A stretch of DNA of 64,000 nucleotides from Candidatus Omnitrophota bacterium (GCA_043821285.1 JBDRCZ010000051.1:2199-66198); one strand, 5' to 3'; shown: positions 28,955 through 40,130, numbered from the stretch's first letter. Numbers and translations: made by a program. The notes: generated from the sequence alone by a model not told the origin.

Positions 28955-30227
28955 AGGTATTGGTCTACATACCGGTAAAAAAGTAAAAGTTAAATTTAGA
29001 CCAGCTCCTGTTGGTGAGGGGATAGTGTTTATTCGCGTTGACCTTACTAATAAACCACAAGTTCCTGCCAGTATATCACATGTAATTGATGAAACCAAAC
29101 GTTCCCGCCGTACCTCCGTAGGAATAAATTCAGTAGAGGTTCATACGATTGAGCATTTAATGGCCGCGTTATGCGGATCATGGATTGATAATATTTATAT
29201 AGAAATCAGCGGGGAAGAATTACCCGGTTATGATGGGAGTGCCTGGGCGTTTTATCAGGCAATAAAAGAAGCCGGGATTAAGGAGCAATCCGCGTCAAAG
29301 AAAATATTTAAAATAAAAGAGCCGATTTGGATGGAGGAAGATGATGCATCGATTATAATTTTACCCGGGAAGGAATTTCAGGTTTCGTATACTTTGAACT
29401 ATGAGCATCAATTTTTAAGATCACAATACGCCAATATTATATTTAATAACGATGTTTTTGAACGGGAGATTGCTTCAAGCCGGACATTTTGCATGGAAAA
29501 TGAAATAGAGAGATTACGTGCTCAGGGGTTAGGCAAAGGGGCAGATTATAACAATACGATTGTGGTAACAAAAGATGGTATTTTGGGTAAACTAAGATTT
29601 CCCGATGAATTTGTTCGGCATAAAATTTCCGACTTAATGGGTGATCTATATCTTTTAGGCTGTATGATTGAAGGGCATGTAATTGCCATAAAAAGCGGAC
29701 ATTCTCTTAATATAAAATTATTACATAAAATAAAGGCACAACTTGACAGATATGACCGGCAGGCCGTCAATCGAAGGGGTAGTTTGACGGCAGCCACTTC
29801 TTCTTTGGATATTACCTCAATACAGAAGATTCTGCCGCACCGCTATCCATTTTTATTAGTAGACCGGATATTAGAACTGGAAGACAGATACGCCGCAGGC
29901 ATTAAAAATGTGACGATTAATGAACAATTTTTTAATGGGCATTTTCCCGCGTATCCGGTGATGCCTGGTGTTTTAATCATTGAAGCAATGGCTCAGGTCG
30001 CGGGAGTTTTAATGCTCAGCCGTCAGGAAAATTTAGGCAAACTCGCTTATTTTATGAGCATGGATAAAGTAAAATTCAGAAAAAGAGTTGTGCCGGGAGA
30101 CCAGTTATTGATCAAAGTAACTGTGGGCAAAGTGCGCTCCCGTGTATTACAGGTTGAGGCAAAGGCATTTGTTGACGGCAGGGTGGTTACCGAAGCAGAT
30201 TTAATGTTTTCTTTAGGTCAGGCATAG
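28911..30227 (+). CDS. lpxC-fabZ: Bifunctional UDP-3-O-acyl-GlcNAc deacetylase / 3-hydroxyacyl-ACP dehydratase (LpxC-FabZ fusion)
   Basis: LpxC N-terminus ([40 protein letters not shown]) and a C-terminal FabZ hot-dog domain ([35 protein letters not shown]). ATG 28911 is preferred. It overlaps the lpxD end by 44 nt. Confidence 0.85.
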   Translation: MVNQQTIKEEVSLPEGIGLHTGKKVKVKFRPAPVGEGIVFIRVDLTNKPQVPASISHVIDETKRSRRTSVGINSVEVHTIEHLMAALCGSWIDNIYIEISGEELPGYDGSAWAFYQAIKEAGIKEQSASKKIFKIKEPIWMEEDDASIIILPGKEFQVSYTLNYEHQFLRSQYANIIFNNDVFEREIASSRTFCMENEIERLRAQGLGKGADYNNTIVVTKDGILGKLRFPDEFVRHKISDLMGDLYLLGCMIEGHVIAIKSGHSLNIKLLHKIKAQLDRYDRQAVNRRGSLTAATSSLDITSIQKILPHRYPFLLVDRILELEDRYAAGIKNVTINEQFFNGHFPAYPVMPGVLIIEAMAQVAGVLMLSRQENLGKLAYFMSMDKVKFRKRVVPGDQLLIKVTVGKVRSRVLQVEAKAFVDGRVVTEADLMFSLGQA

Positions 30228-30320
30228 TTTTAACCTATAGAATTTTTTTTATTTGGTCCACCGTTTCTTTTTTTAAAAGAAAAGGTAAGTGCTAAATTAG
30301 TGCCGAAGGCAATAATTTAT

Positions 30321-31145
30321 ATGAAAATACATAAAACAGCAATAATTCATCCCGGGGCACATTTGGAAGACAATGTTGAGGTTGGCCCGTATACGGTTAT
30401 TGGTACGGGTGTGAAGATTAGCAAAAATACCAAAATTTTCGCTAACTGTGTTATTGAAGGCGATACAACTATTGGCGAAAACTGCCAGATTTTTTCCGGC
30501 GCGGTAATCGGGAGTATCCCGCAAGATTTGAAATACAGCGGCGAAGAGACTAAAGTTGTTATGGGCAATAATAATATTATTCGTGAATATGTGACAATAA
30601 ATTTAGGGACGAAAGAAAAAGGGATTACCGAGATCGGAGACAACAATCTGCTGATGGCTTATGCGCATATTGCACATGACTGTACCGTAGGCTCAGAGGT
30701 GGTTATTGCAAACTGCGGCACCTTAGCAGGGCATGTACATATCGATGATGGGGTAATTATTGGCGGGCTGGTGGCAATTCATCAATTTGTTCATGTGGGG
30801 AAACTGGCGATAATTGGGGGATGCTCTAAGGTTGTTCAGGACATCCCGCCGTATGTTATGGCCGATGGTCACCCGGCCCAGGTATATGGATTAAATACGT
30901 TGGGACTTAAGAGAGTAGGGGTTAGTCAACTTGTGCGTCAGAGCATAAAAACTGCGGTGCGTGTCCTATTTTCTTCTGGTTTGGTGACCAGGGCTTCAAT
31001 TGATAAACTTGAGAAATTATTATCTGCGCAGCCGTCGGTAGAAGAAATACGTTATCTAATAGAATTTGTTAAAAATTCAAAAAGAGGTTTGTGCAAGTCA
31101 TCATGGTCGAAGAAAAATCTCTACCGGGGCAAACTATCGGCTTAA
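30321..31145 (+). CDS. lpxA: Acyl-ACP--UDP-GlcNAc O-acyltransferase
   Basis: Hexapeptide-repeat beta-helix (AIIHPGAHLEDNVEVGPYTVIG...) and C-terminal helical domain. Alternative GTG start at 30300. Confidence 0.8.
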   Translation: MKIHKTAIIHPGAHLEDNVEVGPYTVIGTGVKISKNTKIFANCVIEGDTTIGENCQIFSGAVIGSIPQDLKYSGEETKVVMGNNNIIREYVTINLGTKEKGITEIGDNNLLMAYAHIAHDCTVGSEVVIANCGTLAGHVHIDDGVIIGGLVAIHQFVHVGKLAIIGGCSKVVQDIPPYVMADGHPAQVYGLNTLGLKRVGVSQLVRQSIKTAVRVLFSSGLVTRASIDKLEKLLSAQPSVEEIRYLIEFVKNSKRGLCKSSWSKKNLYRGKLSA

Positions 31146-31924
31146 TTGCCGGTAATGGCCGCTTACCGTTATTATTTATTAAGAGCGCGAAAGAGCGGAA
31201 TTATAAAGTTATTGCAGTTGCCTTTTATCAAGAAACAAGCCGCCGGGTGGCGCAGTTAGCAGATAAAGTTTGCTGGATAAATGTGGGCGAGCTTTCCCGC
31301 CTTGCGGAAATTTTTCAAAAAGAAAATATTAAACATGCTGTGATGATCGGACAAATCAGGCATACGTTTCTTTTGCGCAGATTAGCCATAGATGATGAAT
31401 TAACGAATTTATTGGGACAGGTAAAAGATAAAAAAACCGATACCCTCTTAGGAAAAATTGCCGAATGGCTGGAAAATAAAGGCATAATCCTTATTAATTC
31501 AACAACATTTTTGAGTGAATATATGCCCGGAGCGGGAGTACGGACGAAAATTCCCCCGGCTACCGGTGAATGGGAAGACATCAGATTTGGCGTGGATACG
31601 GCGAAGTATTTAGGAGCTGCTGATATTGGACAGACGGTTGTGGTGAAAGATAAGATCGTACTTGCGGTTGAAGCTATTGAAGGTACGGATCAAACGATTA
31701 GACGCGGGGGGAGACTGGCGCGCGGTAGCGTTGTGGTTAAGACCAGCAAACCAGAGCAGGATTTTCGGTTTGATGTTCCGGTAATCGGGCCGCGTACAAT
31801 AACTAATCTTACCAGGGTAAAAGCGAAAATTTTGGCTTATGAAGCAGGCAAGACTTTAATAATTGATGAGCCGGCCTGCGTAAAATTAGCAAATCGTCAT
31901 AATATTTGTATTGTGGGAGTGTAG
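31103..31924 (+). CDS. lpxI: UDP-2,3-diacylglucosamine hydrolase LpxI (DUF1009) candidate
   Basis: N-terminal GLIAGNGRLP motif, about 275 aa, positioned directly after lpxA as in LpxI-using bacteria. Confidence 0.55.
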   Translation: MVEEKSLPGQTIGLIAGNGRLPLLFIKSAKERNYKVIAVAFYQETSRRVAQLADKVCWINVGELSRLAEIFQKENIKHAVMIGQIRHTFLLRRLAIDDELTNLLGQVKDKKTDTLLGKIAEWLENKGIILINSTTFLSEYMPGAGVRTKIPPATGEWEDIRFGVDTAKYLGAADIGQTVVVKDKIVLAVEAIEGTDQTIRRGGRLARGSVVVKTSKPEQDFRFDVPVIGPRTITNLTRVKAKILAYEAGKTLIIDEPACVKLANRHNICIVGV

Positions 31925-31931
31925 GAAATAA

Positions 31932-32711
31932 ATGACAAATATCAAAAGACAAAAGCCAGGATTTATATTAAAAAAAATAAAGGAGCAGAGAGTGGAAAAG
32001 ATTAAAGAGAATATTATAAACTGGATAAAACAACAGGTTGTTCAGGCAAAGGCGCGGGGTGTTGTCTTGGGATTAAGCGGCGGGGTAGACTCTGCGGTTT
32101 GTGCGGCTTTGGTTAAAGATGTCTGTGAAAAAAATCACCAGGCATTAATCTTACCGTGTGAGAGTATAGAAAATGATATTAAAGATGCAAAACTTGTTGC
32201 GGATGTTTTAAAGCTTAATATGCAGCTAATGGATTTAACCGCGGTATATACTAAACTGTTGGAAATTTTGCCAAAGGGTAATCTGGTTGCGCAAGGCAAT
32301 CTTAAGGCCAGGCTGCGGATGACGACCCTGTATTATTTTGCCAACAGCCGCAATTTTTTAGTCTGCGGTACAGGAAATCGAACAGAACTATTGCTGGGGT
32401 ATTTTACGAAATACGGTGATGGCGGAGCGGATATTTTACCAATTGGTGACTTATTCAAGCATGAAGTTCGGCAGTTGGCAGAGAGCGTTGGTATCCCAAA
32501 AAAGATAATTAAAAAGAGACCAAGTGCCGGACTTTGGCCGGGACAGACCGATGAGCAAGAATTGGGATTAAGCTATAGAGAGCTGGATGATATTTTAAGT
32601 AATCTTTATCACCCAAAACATATCTCCAAAAAATTTAAAAAGGTTAAGGGGTTAATAGATAAATCATTACATAAAAGGCAGGGAGCAAAAATATTTTATT
32701 GTAAAGAGTGA
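31932..32711 (+). CDS. nadE: NH3-dependent NAD+ synthetase
   Basis: PP-loop SGGVDS motif. Length and surrounding conservation fit. Confidence 0.8.
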   Translation: MTNIKRQKPGFILKKIKEQRVEKIKENIINWIKQQVVQAKARGVVLGLSGGVDSAVCAALVKDVCEKNHQALILPCESIENDIKDAKLVADVLKLNMQLMDLTAVYTKLLEILPKGNLVAQGNLKARLRMTTLYYFANSRNFLVCGTGNRTELLLGYFTKYGDGGADILPIGDLFKHEVRQLAESVGIPKKIIKKRPSAGLWPGQTDEQELGLSYRELDDILSNLYHPKHISKKFKKVKGLIDKSLHKRQGAKIFYCKE

Positions 32712-32905
32712 ATAAATCTTCCCCTCCGCTTGCCGAGGGGAAAATTTATTATAATTTTTTTTATTGACAACAATCATATTATATGTTACGCTCGAAAATG
32801 GGAAATAATGTTTAACCATCTAAACTTAAAGGGCTTAAATTATAAACTAAAAATATTTTAAAAAGAAATTAAATGCCTGCGTTATAGAGAAAAAATGAGG
32901 AAGAG

Positions 32906-34510
32906 ATGCTGGGATTAGGAAATTGTCCGACACTTTATATTGGCTTGGAGTCTTTGCAGTTAATTCAAGTGCAGGGAGCAGGGGCTAATATTAAGATAGC
33001 TAATTTAGCGCATGTTGACATCTTCTCCGATAATGCTCGTCCTTCAGAAGAAGCGATACGTAATGAATTGATCGTTTCTGCCATTCAAAAAGCTATCCGT
33101 AAATGTAAATTGAACATAAAAGAAGTCTATACCGTTCTACCGCATGGAGCAGTACTCGCGCGTTTTTTTGCAATGCCCAAGCTGCCTAAAGAGGAATGGG
33201 ATAGTGCTATTCGTTTTGAATCTAAAAAATATATACCATTTAGGTTAGAAGAAATAATTGCTGATTATGTTGTAGTTCATGATCCAAAGCAAAAGAAGAT
33301 AAAAGTAGTTTATGTGGCGGCAAAGATTGAAACGATAAAACGCCACATTGCCTTACTGGCCAAGGCGGGACTTCGTCCGAGAAAAATCGACATTATTCCC
33401 TTTGCCTTGATTAGAGCGTTTAAGCAGATGGGAGTTATCGATAATAAGGATAGTTATGCCATTATTGACATTAATCCGGGGATGGCCACAGTTGTGATTA
33501 TCTCTGAAGACATTCCCTACTTTATACGGGATATTTCGTTATCACAGGCAGAAGAATGGATTGATGATGCAGCGGCGCAGACAATATTTGAACAGGGAGT
33601 GGCATCCGTAGATGAGCGGGTTAAAATGCAGGAGAGTCTGGTGAGTGAATTGCGCCTTTCTTTTGATTATTATCAAAAGGAGTTGAATAATAAACCGATT
33701 ACGAAAATCGTGCTCTGCGGCGAGACAAACATATTTGATAAAATTGATGATTTGCTGTTTGAGCGGCTGAACACTCCGGTGGTTATACCAGATGTGGTTA
33801 AATATCTCGAAGGGACAAAGATAAAATTGCAGCCACGGTTTAATTCGATTATGCCAATCAGTTTTGGGGCCGCGTTAAACAAAATCGTTAGATCAAAGAT
33901 TACGGTGGACATGTTCAAGGTAAAAGAAGTTGTTCAGGTTAAAAAGAAGGTCTTCATGCGTAAACTGATATTTACAGAAATAATGACCGCGCTTATTTGC
34001 CTTTCACTTTTATTTCTGGTGATGAATGCAACCATTATCAAAGAACGAAGTATTTTCAGTAACATTGAGGCCCAGCGTCCAAACCTGGCGATTATAGAGA
34101 CGGATCTCAGCAAAAAACAATTAGAGGATACCAAAGAAGAATTAGGGGGACGGTTGAGGCTGTATCGTAAAATTGTCAAGGAAAGGCAGACTTGGACGAA
34201 GAAGTTAAACAGCCTGACGAAAATGCTGCCAGATTCTGTCTGGCTTACATCTATTGCCGGGCAGGATATCATTACCAAAAGCGGTATATCGAATAAAGAT
34301 CTTGTGCTTTCCGGAGTTGTTTATACAAGGAAAATGGGTGAGGAAACGAATATCATCAATAAACTAATCGCCGACTTTAAGCAGGATGAGGATTTTTATG
34401 AAGGATTTTCGATGCTTAATTTGACTTCAACAGAAAGTATGCGGGTGTTGGAATACGACGTTATGAAGTTTGAGATCTTGTGTTCAGCACAATTGGAGAA
34501 GACAGAGTAA
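32906..34510 (+). CDS. pilMN: Type IV pilus assembly PilM-PilN fusion
   Basis: N-terminal actin-like ATPase-fold PilM (~350 aa). A C-terminal TM helix (MRKLIFTEIMTALICLSLLFLV) plus coiled-coil/periplasmic region matches PilN. Confidence 0.65.
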   Translation: MLGLGNCPTLYIGLESLQLIQVQGAGANIKIANLAHVDIFSDNARPSEEAIRNELIVSAIQKAIRKCKLNIKEVYTVLPHGAVLARFFAMPKLPKEEWDSAIRFESKKYIPFRLEEIIADYVVVHDPKQKKIKVVYVAAKIETIKRHIALLAKAGLRPRKIDIIPFALIRAFKQMGVIDNKDSYAIIDINPGMATVVIISEDIPYFIRDISLSQAEEWIDDAAAQTIFEQGVASVDERVKMQESLVSELRLSFDYYQKELNNKPITKIVLCGETNIFDKIDDLLFERLNTPVVIPDVVKYLEGTKIKLQPRFNSIMPISFGAALNKIVRSKITVDMFKVKEVVQVKKKVFMRKLIFTEIMTALICLSLLFLVMNATIIKERSIFSNIEAQRPNLAIIETDLSKKQLEDTKEELGGRLRLYRKIVKERQTWTKKLNSLTKMLPDSVWLTSIAGQDIITKSGISNKDLVLSGVVYTRKMGEETNIINKLIADFKQDEDFYEGFSMLNLTSTESMRVLEYDVMKFEILCSAQLEKTE

Positions 34511-34512
34511 CT

Positions 34513-35064
34513 ATGCCAAAACAACAGCTGTCTCAGGAATTTGATCAAATCAGTATTATTAGTATAATTATCGTAATTATCGGAATTCTTTTTGGCGGGT
34601 ATATTATCTATACCAACCGTATTGCAGAAATACAAAATCTACGTAATGCGCAAGAGAAGGAGAGATTACGTAATCATGTAGGTAAATTACAGGAGGCATA
34701 TGACCGCTGTCAGCAAAATTTACCCGAGGTGAAAGAGACGGCCTGGCTTTTAGGCAGAGTGGCAAAAATCGCCAACGAAAACAGAATAAAACTTGAGGCA
34801 ATTAAACCAAAACCCATGCTGCGTGAAAAAGATTATCTTAAATTCTCAATCGAGCTGGATATAAAATGTACTTATCACGAATTGGGCAGTTTTATCAGCC
34901 GTTTAGAAAGTCATAAGAAATTTATCCGCGTAGATAAGTTAGCGGTTAACGTGATTAAAGAAAAACCATCGGAAGCAGATGAAAAAAAAGACACATCTCC
35001 GCTGGCTGATGTTTTGCTTGAAGTTAGCACTTTTGTTTTTAACCGGTTGAAGGTAACGTTATGA
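34513..35064 (+). CDS. PilO-like pilus assembly protein
   Basis: Single N-terminal TM helix, coiled coil, and the expected position after pilN. Confidence 0.5.
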   Translation: MPKQQLSQEFDQISIISIIIVIIGILFGGYIIYTNRIAEIQNLRNAQEKERLRNHVGKLQEAYDRCQQNLPEVKETAWLLGRVAKIANENRIKLEAIKPKPMLREKDYLKFSIELDIKCTYHELGSFISRLESHKKFIRVDKLAVNVIKEKPSEADEKKDTSPLADVLLEVSTFVFNRLKVTL

Positions 35065-35555
35065 CAAAATCAGATATTTTCATAACCACACCCGTACGCG
35101 TATCCTTGGCAGCTTCCATCTGCCAAAACGGATTAGTGGAAAATATAAAACTTATCCAAAACTGGCGATGGCAGAAGTTCATAGTTTTTATGATGATAAG
35201 TATTCTTGCAATAAATGCCTGGGCAGAAGTGGATAAAATCGGGGATGAGACTGAGGAAATTGATGAGATTCCCACGATCGAATATATTGGCCGAAGCCGT
35301 CGCGATCCACTGAAAAGTCCAATAAAAATAAAAGACCTTGACAATCCCCAGCCGTCGCCGGAAACAATTGTCCTGCCGAAATTGCAGCTTCAGGGACTGC
35401 TGAGTGGTGCGCAGACGCCGGCCGCAATAATAAATAATCAGATTATCAGGGTTGGCAATTTAATAATGGAAGCAGAAATTATAGAAATTACGAATAATGG
35501 AGTAAAATTATTATATAAAGGTAAGGAATTTTTTATCGAAAAAGAACATTTGTAA
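35061..35555 (+). CDS. PilP-like small periplasmic protein
   Basis: Single TM helix, about 160 aa, positioned just before the secretin. Confidence 0.4.
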   Translation: MTKSDIFITTPVRVSLAASICQNGLVENIKLIQNWRWQKFIVFMMISILAINAWAEVDKIGDETEEIDEIPTIEYIGRSRRDPLKSPIKIKDLDNPQPSPETIVLPKLQLQGLLSGAQTPAAIINNQIIRVGNLIMEAEIIEITNNGVKLLYKGKEFFIEKEHL

Positions 35556-35577
35556 AATTAACAAGAGGAGAGAGAAA

Positions 35578-37167
35578 ATGCAAAAGTATAAATGGATTAT
35601 AGCTTATATACTCATTATCTTATTTATGAACAGTTTGAGTTTTAGCCAGACGGTTACTCCTTTGAAAGATGACCTGGATGAAGATGTTTCCCTGCCAGCG
35701 GTATCTGCTAATAAAATTTCCCTGGACTTTAAAGATGCAAATATTATTGATGTGTTGAGATTGCTTTCTCAGGAAGCAGGTATTAGTTTTGTTCCGACTA
35801 AGGATGTCGAAGATAAGGAAGTAACATTGATTATGGAAAACGTTACGGTTGAAGAAGCAATTGCCGCGCTGATGAGTGCCAATGACCTGATTTTTGAAAA
35901 GACAAAGGGTAACATAAATATTATTAGAAAAAGCGGTGCCCCGGAAATAAAAACTGAAACTAAGATATATACCTTGAATTATGTCCGGATTGGAGAGGCA
36001 GCCAGTGGGAGTAAAGACAAGCGGGTCGGGGATGAGAAAGGTGGAATATTTGAAATAATGAAGAAAATACTGACGTCTTACGGTTCAGTGGTGGCAGATG
36101 CCAGAACGAACAGTATAATTATTACGGATATATCTACGCGTTTCGAACTAATTGAAGAAGTCCTGGCGCGTTTGGATACGCCAACACCACAGGTGGTAAT
36201 CGAGGTGGAGGTGATTGAGACAACGGCCGGATTAGTTGATGACTTAGGTTTTAAATGGGGTGGGGTGACCGGAACGATATTATCGGCAACTCCAGCAATA
36301 AGGCCATCACCATTTCCTTTTAAAAAGGTTGGGGTCCCGACTAGTTATGGAGTGGAATATAAGGAAAACACCTTTACTTTTGGCACATTGTCCGCATCAG
36401 CATTTGAGACGACTTTAAATATGATTAGACAGGATACCTCTACAAGATTTCTTGCACGGCCAAAAATTATGGTATTGAATAATGAATCTGCAGAGATTAA
36501 GATTGTTGCGGATCAGGCTATTGGCCGGGAGATAACCACGGATCCTGATTCTAATCTTGTAACCATTACATATGAACGGGCAGAGATTGGCACAACTTTA
36601 AAAGTTACGCCGCTGGTAAATAATATAAATATGATTACGTTAAAGATCGAACCGGAAGTGAGCAGGGCAGTTGATTCACCAGTTTTTTCTGAGGTTATTG
36701 ATAAACATTCCCGTAAGGCAGATACCGTGGTTATGTTAAAAGACGGAGAGACGGTTGTCTTGGGAGGATTTATTACGACTGAAGATAGCGGAGCAGAGCG
36801 GAATTTACCAGGACTCTCCAGCCTGCCATTTATCGGCGCATTGTTTAAACATAATAGAAAATCCAGAACAGACAAAGAACTGCTTGTATTTTTAACTCCC
36901 CATGTTGTAAAACAGTTAGAAACTGTAGTCCTGCCGGTTGAGCAGAGGGAAGAAATAGCCGAACAGCCGCAGCGAGAGGAGGTTACAAAAAAGACATCTA
37001 AAGAAATAAAAGTGATAAAAGAATCAGAGCGGATAGAAGGACAAAGCGCCTCAAAGCCAAAGGCTCTTCAGCCGAGTGCTAAACCAATAGCATTACAACC
37101 GCAGGAAAAATTTTCCTCGAAAAAAGATACCCCAAAAGTTGAAAATACTTTTATAAGAGAACAATGA
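35578..37167 (+). CDS. pilQ: Secretin PilQ/GspD family
   Basis: Signal peptide and C-terminal secretin domain (VVLGGFITTEDSGAERNLPGLSSLPFIGALFKH...LLVFLTPHVV). Extra charged C-terminal tail. Confidence 0.85.
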   Translation: MQKYKWIIAYILIILFMNSLSFSQTVTPLKDDLDEDVSLPAVSANKISLDFKDANIIDVLRLLSQEAGISFVPTKDVEDKEVTLIMENVTVEEAIAALMSANDLIFEKTKGNINIIRKSGAPEIKTETKIYTLNYVRIGEAASGSKDKRVGDEKGGIFEIMKKILTSYGSVVADARTNSIIITDISTRFELIEEVLARLDTPTPQVVIEVEVIETTAGLVDDLGFKWGGVTGTILSATPAIRPSPFPFKKVGVPTSYGVEYKENTFTFGTLSASAFETTLNMIRQDTSTRFLARPKIMVLNNESAEIKIVADQAIGREITTDPDSNLVTITYERAEIGTTLKVTPLVNNINMITLKIEPEVSRAVDSPVFSEVIDKHSRKADTVVMLKDGETVVLGGFITTEDSGAERNLPGLSSLPFIGALFKHNRKSRTDKELLVFLTPHVVKQLETVVLPVEQREEIAEQPQREEVTKKTSKEIKVIKESERIEGQSASKPKALQPSAKPIALQPQEKFSSKKDTPKVENTFIREQ

Positions 37168-38867
37168 TAAAATCAAACCTAAAATTAGGTGAAATATTAA
37201 TAAAACAGAGATTAATTACCAAGGAACAGCTTCAAGCGGCATTAGAGGTTCAAAAGAGAGAAAAATGCCGCTTAGGCGAAGCATTGGTAAAGACCGGGGT
37301 TGTCAGTGAAGAAAACATAGCTATGGCGCTGTCTAAGCAGTTAGGAATTATTTATGCTTCTTTAGAAAAGGGGCTGCTGCGGCCGAGTTTATTTCAGGAT
37401 TTAGATAAAATAATTCCCGAAGAATTTGCCCGGCTAAATAAGGTCATGCCGCTTTCCCATCATCTTAACTCTTTAACCATTGCCTGTGTAGATCCGTTGG
37501 ATTTAATCCTTATTGATAATATTACAAAGATGACTGGTTGTGATATTCATGTTGCGGTCAGTACGCCAGGCGAGATAACCGAGGCAATTGACCGTTTTTA
37601 CGGCAAGCAGGATTTATTAAAAAAGGCAATCGACGGCACATATTCGATTGAGGATGACACGGAAAGAAGTGAGACCGAGAAGAGAGATTTAGATAATTTA
37701 ATTGCCCAGGCAGAAGAAGCGCCGGTAATAAAACTTGTGGATTTAATTCTTCGACAGGCAATTGATGACCGGGCCAGTGATGTTCATGTAGAAAAGTTTG
37801 AAACGCGAGTGAGCATCCGCTACCGAATAGACGGCATATTATATGAAATTGCTCCCCCGGCACATCAATTATACCTGCCGATTGTTTCCCGGATTAAAAT
37901 AATTTCAAAAATGGATATTGCTGAACGCCGGCTGCCGCAAGACGGCGGGTTGAGTATTAAAGCCGGCAGCCGGCACCTGGATCTACGGGCATCGAGTATC
38001 CCTACGGTTTATGGCGAAAAGATCGTGCTTCGAATTTTGGATAAATCATCTTTGCCTACGAGTTTAGACATTTTAGGATTTTTACCGCATGAGCTTGAAA
38101 TCTTAAGGCAGGAAGTTGTCAAGCCCCATGGTATGGTTTTAACTACCGGTCCGACAGGTAGTGGAAAAACAACAACGTTATATGCGATTTTAAATACCAT
38201 AAAAACTCCGAAAAAGAATATTTTGACAGTTGAAGATCCGGTGGAATACAAGTTAGATGGGGTAAATCAGGTGTTGGTAAGACCGGAAATCGGTTTGAAA
38301 TTTTCAAGTGTTCTACGTGCATTTTTACGCCAGGATCCGGATATTATATTAGTTGGTGAAGTCAGAGATTTGGAGACGGTACAAATATGTTTGCGTGCCG
38401 CTTTAACCGGACATCTGGTGCTTAGCACACTACATACTAATGATGCGGCGGGAGCAGTTGTACGTTTGATGGATATGGGGGTTGAGCCGTTTTTGATCGG
38501 TTCCTGTATAAATCTAATCATGGCACAGCGTCTGGTGCGGAGAATTTGTCCTAAATGTAGAGTCGAATGTAAGGCACCGTTTGATGTTCCGCATTACGGC
38601 AAAATAACTCAGCCGATATTCGAGGCCAGGGGATGCAATGAGTGCCGTTTTATCGGATATAAGGGAAGAGTGGGGATTTATGAGTTATTGAGGTTAACAC
38701 CACGGATACGGAGTTTGATTCACCGCCGGGCAACAACAGATGAAATAAGAAAAGCCGCAATTGATGAAGGAATGACAACATTGTTCCAGGCGGGGATGGA
38801 AAAGGTTATCAGCGGATTGACCACGCTGGAAGAGATAATGTCAGTTACCACGATAGAGGAGGATTAA
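37164..38867 (+). CDS. pilB: Type IV pilus / T2SS assembly ATPase PilB/GspE
   Basis: N-terminal MshEN-like domain, Walker A GPTGSGKTT, and tetracysteine motif CPKC...CNEC. Confidence 0.9.
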   Translation: MIKSNLKLGEILIKQRLITKEQLQAALEVQKREKCRLGEALVKTGVVSEENIAMALSKQLGIIYASLEKGLLRPSLFQDLDKIIPEEFARLNKVMPLSHHLNSLTIACVDPLDLILIDNITKMTGCDIHVAVSTPGEITEAIDRFYGKQDLLKKAIDGTYSIEDDTERSETEKRDLDNLIAQAEEAPVIKLVDLILRQAIDDRASDVHVEKFETRVSIRYRIDGILYEIAPPAHQLYLPIVSRIKIISKMDIAERRLPQDGGLSIKAGSRHLDLRASSIPTVYGEKIVLRILDKSSLPTSLDILGFLPHELEILRQEVVKPHGMVLTTGPTGSGKTTTLYAILNTIKTPKKNILTVEDPVEYKLDGVNQVLVRPEIGLKFSSVLRAFLRQDPDIILVGEVRDLETVQICLRAALTGHLVLSTLHTNDAAGAVVRLMDMGVEPFLIGSCINLIMAQRLVRRICPKCRVECKAPFDVPHYGKITQPIFEARGCNECRFIGYKGRVGIYELLRLTPRIRSLIHRRATTDEIRKAAIDEGMTTLFQAGMEKVISGLTTLEEIMSVTTIEED

Positions 38868-38873
38868 TCTTTA

Positions 38874-40127
38874 ATGCCCGATTTTTTATATCGTGCACGG
38901 GATAGCAGTGGAAACATTGTACAAGGGACACTTAGTGCGCAAAGCCGCGATGATTTAGTTGATATCTTACAGCGCCGTAATTTATTAGTTACCTATATTG
39001 AAGCGCTTACCTCGCCGAAATCAACCGTACAGAAAAAAGAATATATTCGCCAGCGATCAAAAAGCAAATTTCGGATTTCTCTATTTCAACGGGTCAAATT
39101 GGATGATTTGACCCTGTTTGCCCGTCAGCTCTCAACCCTGCTTAATGCGGGTGTGCCCCTGCTGCGCAGTTTGACCATTTTAACAAAACAGGTAGAAAGT
39201 CTGCCCCTGCAGGAGGCAATTTCCGGGGTAAGAAAAGATATCCAGTCTGGTTTTACGCTGCGGGATTCCTTGGCGAAATATCCGCAGATTTTTACTAAGT
39301 TTTGGGTTAATTTAGTAGGTACGGGGGAGGCGAGCGGACAACTGCCTTTGGTGCTTGGGCAGATTGCAGTCTATTTTGAGAATGAAGGCGCTTTACGCCG
39401 TAAAATTATCTCGGCATTGATATATCCGGCAATTCTGATGACTGTGGCGGTGGTTGCAATATTTATCTTTATTATGAAAATTGTTCCTATTTTTGCAGCA
39501 ATGTTTGAGTCTTTTGATGTGGAATTACCTCAAGCAACAAAATTTCTGATAGTTTTGAGCAAGCTATTAGGGGGGTATAATTCTCTTTGGGTTATTGCGT
39601 CTTTAATCATAGGTTTTTTTATTTTAAAAAAGGTTATTTCGACCAAGCACGGCCGGTTTATTTTTGATAGCATTAGATTAAAACTTCCGATTTTTGGGAA
39701 TTTTTTCAGAAATATTGCCATTGCGACTTTTACGCGCGGGTTAGGGACAATGATCTCCAGCGGGGTACCGATATTATATGCCTTAGAGATTGTTACCAGC
39801 ACCGTAGGCAATAGCGTCATCGAGCGTTCGCTGGATGTAGTTAAGGAGAGTGTCCGCGAGGGCAAAACTGTAGCAGAACCATTAGAAGCAAATACGATAT
39901 TTCCGCCGCTGGTAGTACAGATGGTGAATGTTGGCGAAGAGACCGGAAATCTTGCGGATATGTTGATTAAGATTGCGGAGTTTTATGAAGAACGGGTAAC
40001 GGTAGTAACCGAACGGATGGCTTCACTGATTGAACCGATAATGCTGGTATTTATGGGGATCATTATTGGCGCGATGGTTGTTTCGATGTTTTTACCAATA
40101 TTTAAATTAGCTACGTCGGTAAGATAA
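38874..40127 (+). CDS. pilC: Type IV pilus platform protein PilC/GspF
   Basis: Two GspF repeats and three TM segments. Confidence 0.85.
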   Translation: MPDFLYRARDSSGNIVQGTLSAQSRDDLVDILQRRNLLVTYIEALTSPKSTVQKKEYIRQRSKSKFRISLFQRVKLDDLTLFARQLSTLLNAGVPLLRSLTILTKQVESLPLQEAISGVRKDIQSGFTLRDSLAKYPQIFTKFWVNLVGTGEASGQLPLVLGQIAVYFENEGALRRKIISALIYPAILMTVAVVAIFIFIMKIVPIFAAMFESFDVELPQATKFLIVLSKLLGGYNSLWVIASLIIGFFILKKVISTKHGRFIFDSIRLKLPIFGNFFRNIAIATFTRGLGTMISSGVPILYALEIVTSTVGNSVIERSLDVVKESVREGKTVAEPLEANTIFPPLVVQMVNVGEETGNLADMLIKIAEFYEERVTVVTERMASLIEPIMLVFMGIIIGAMVVSMFLPIFKLATSVR

Positions 40128-40130
40128 GAA

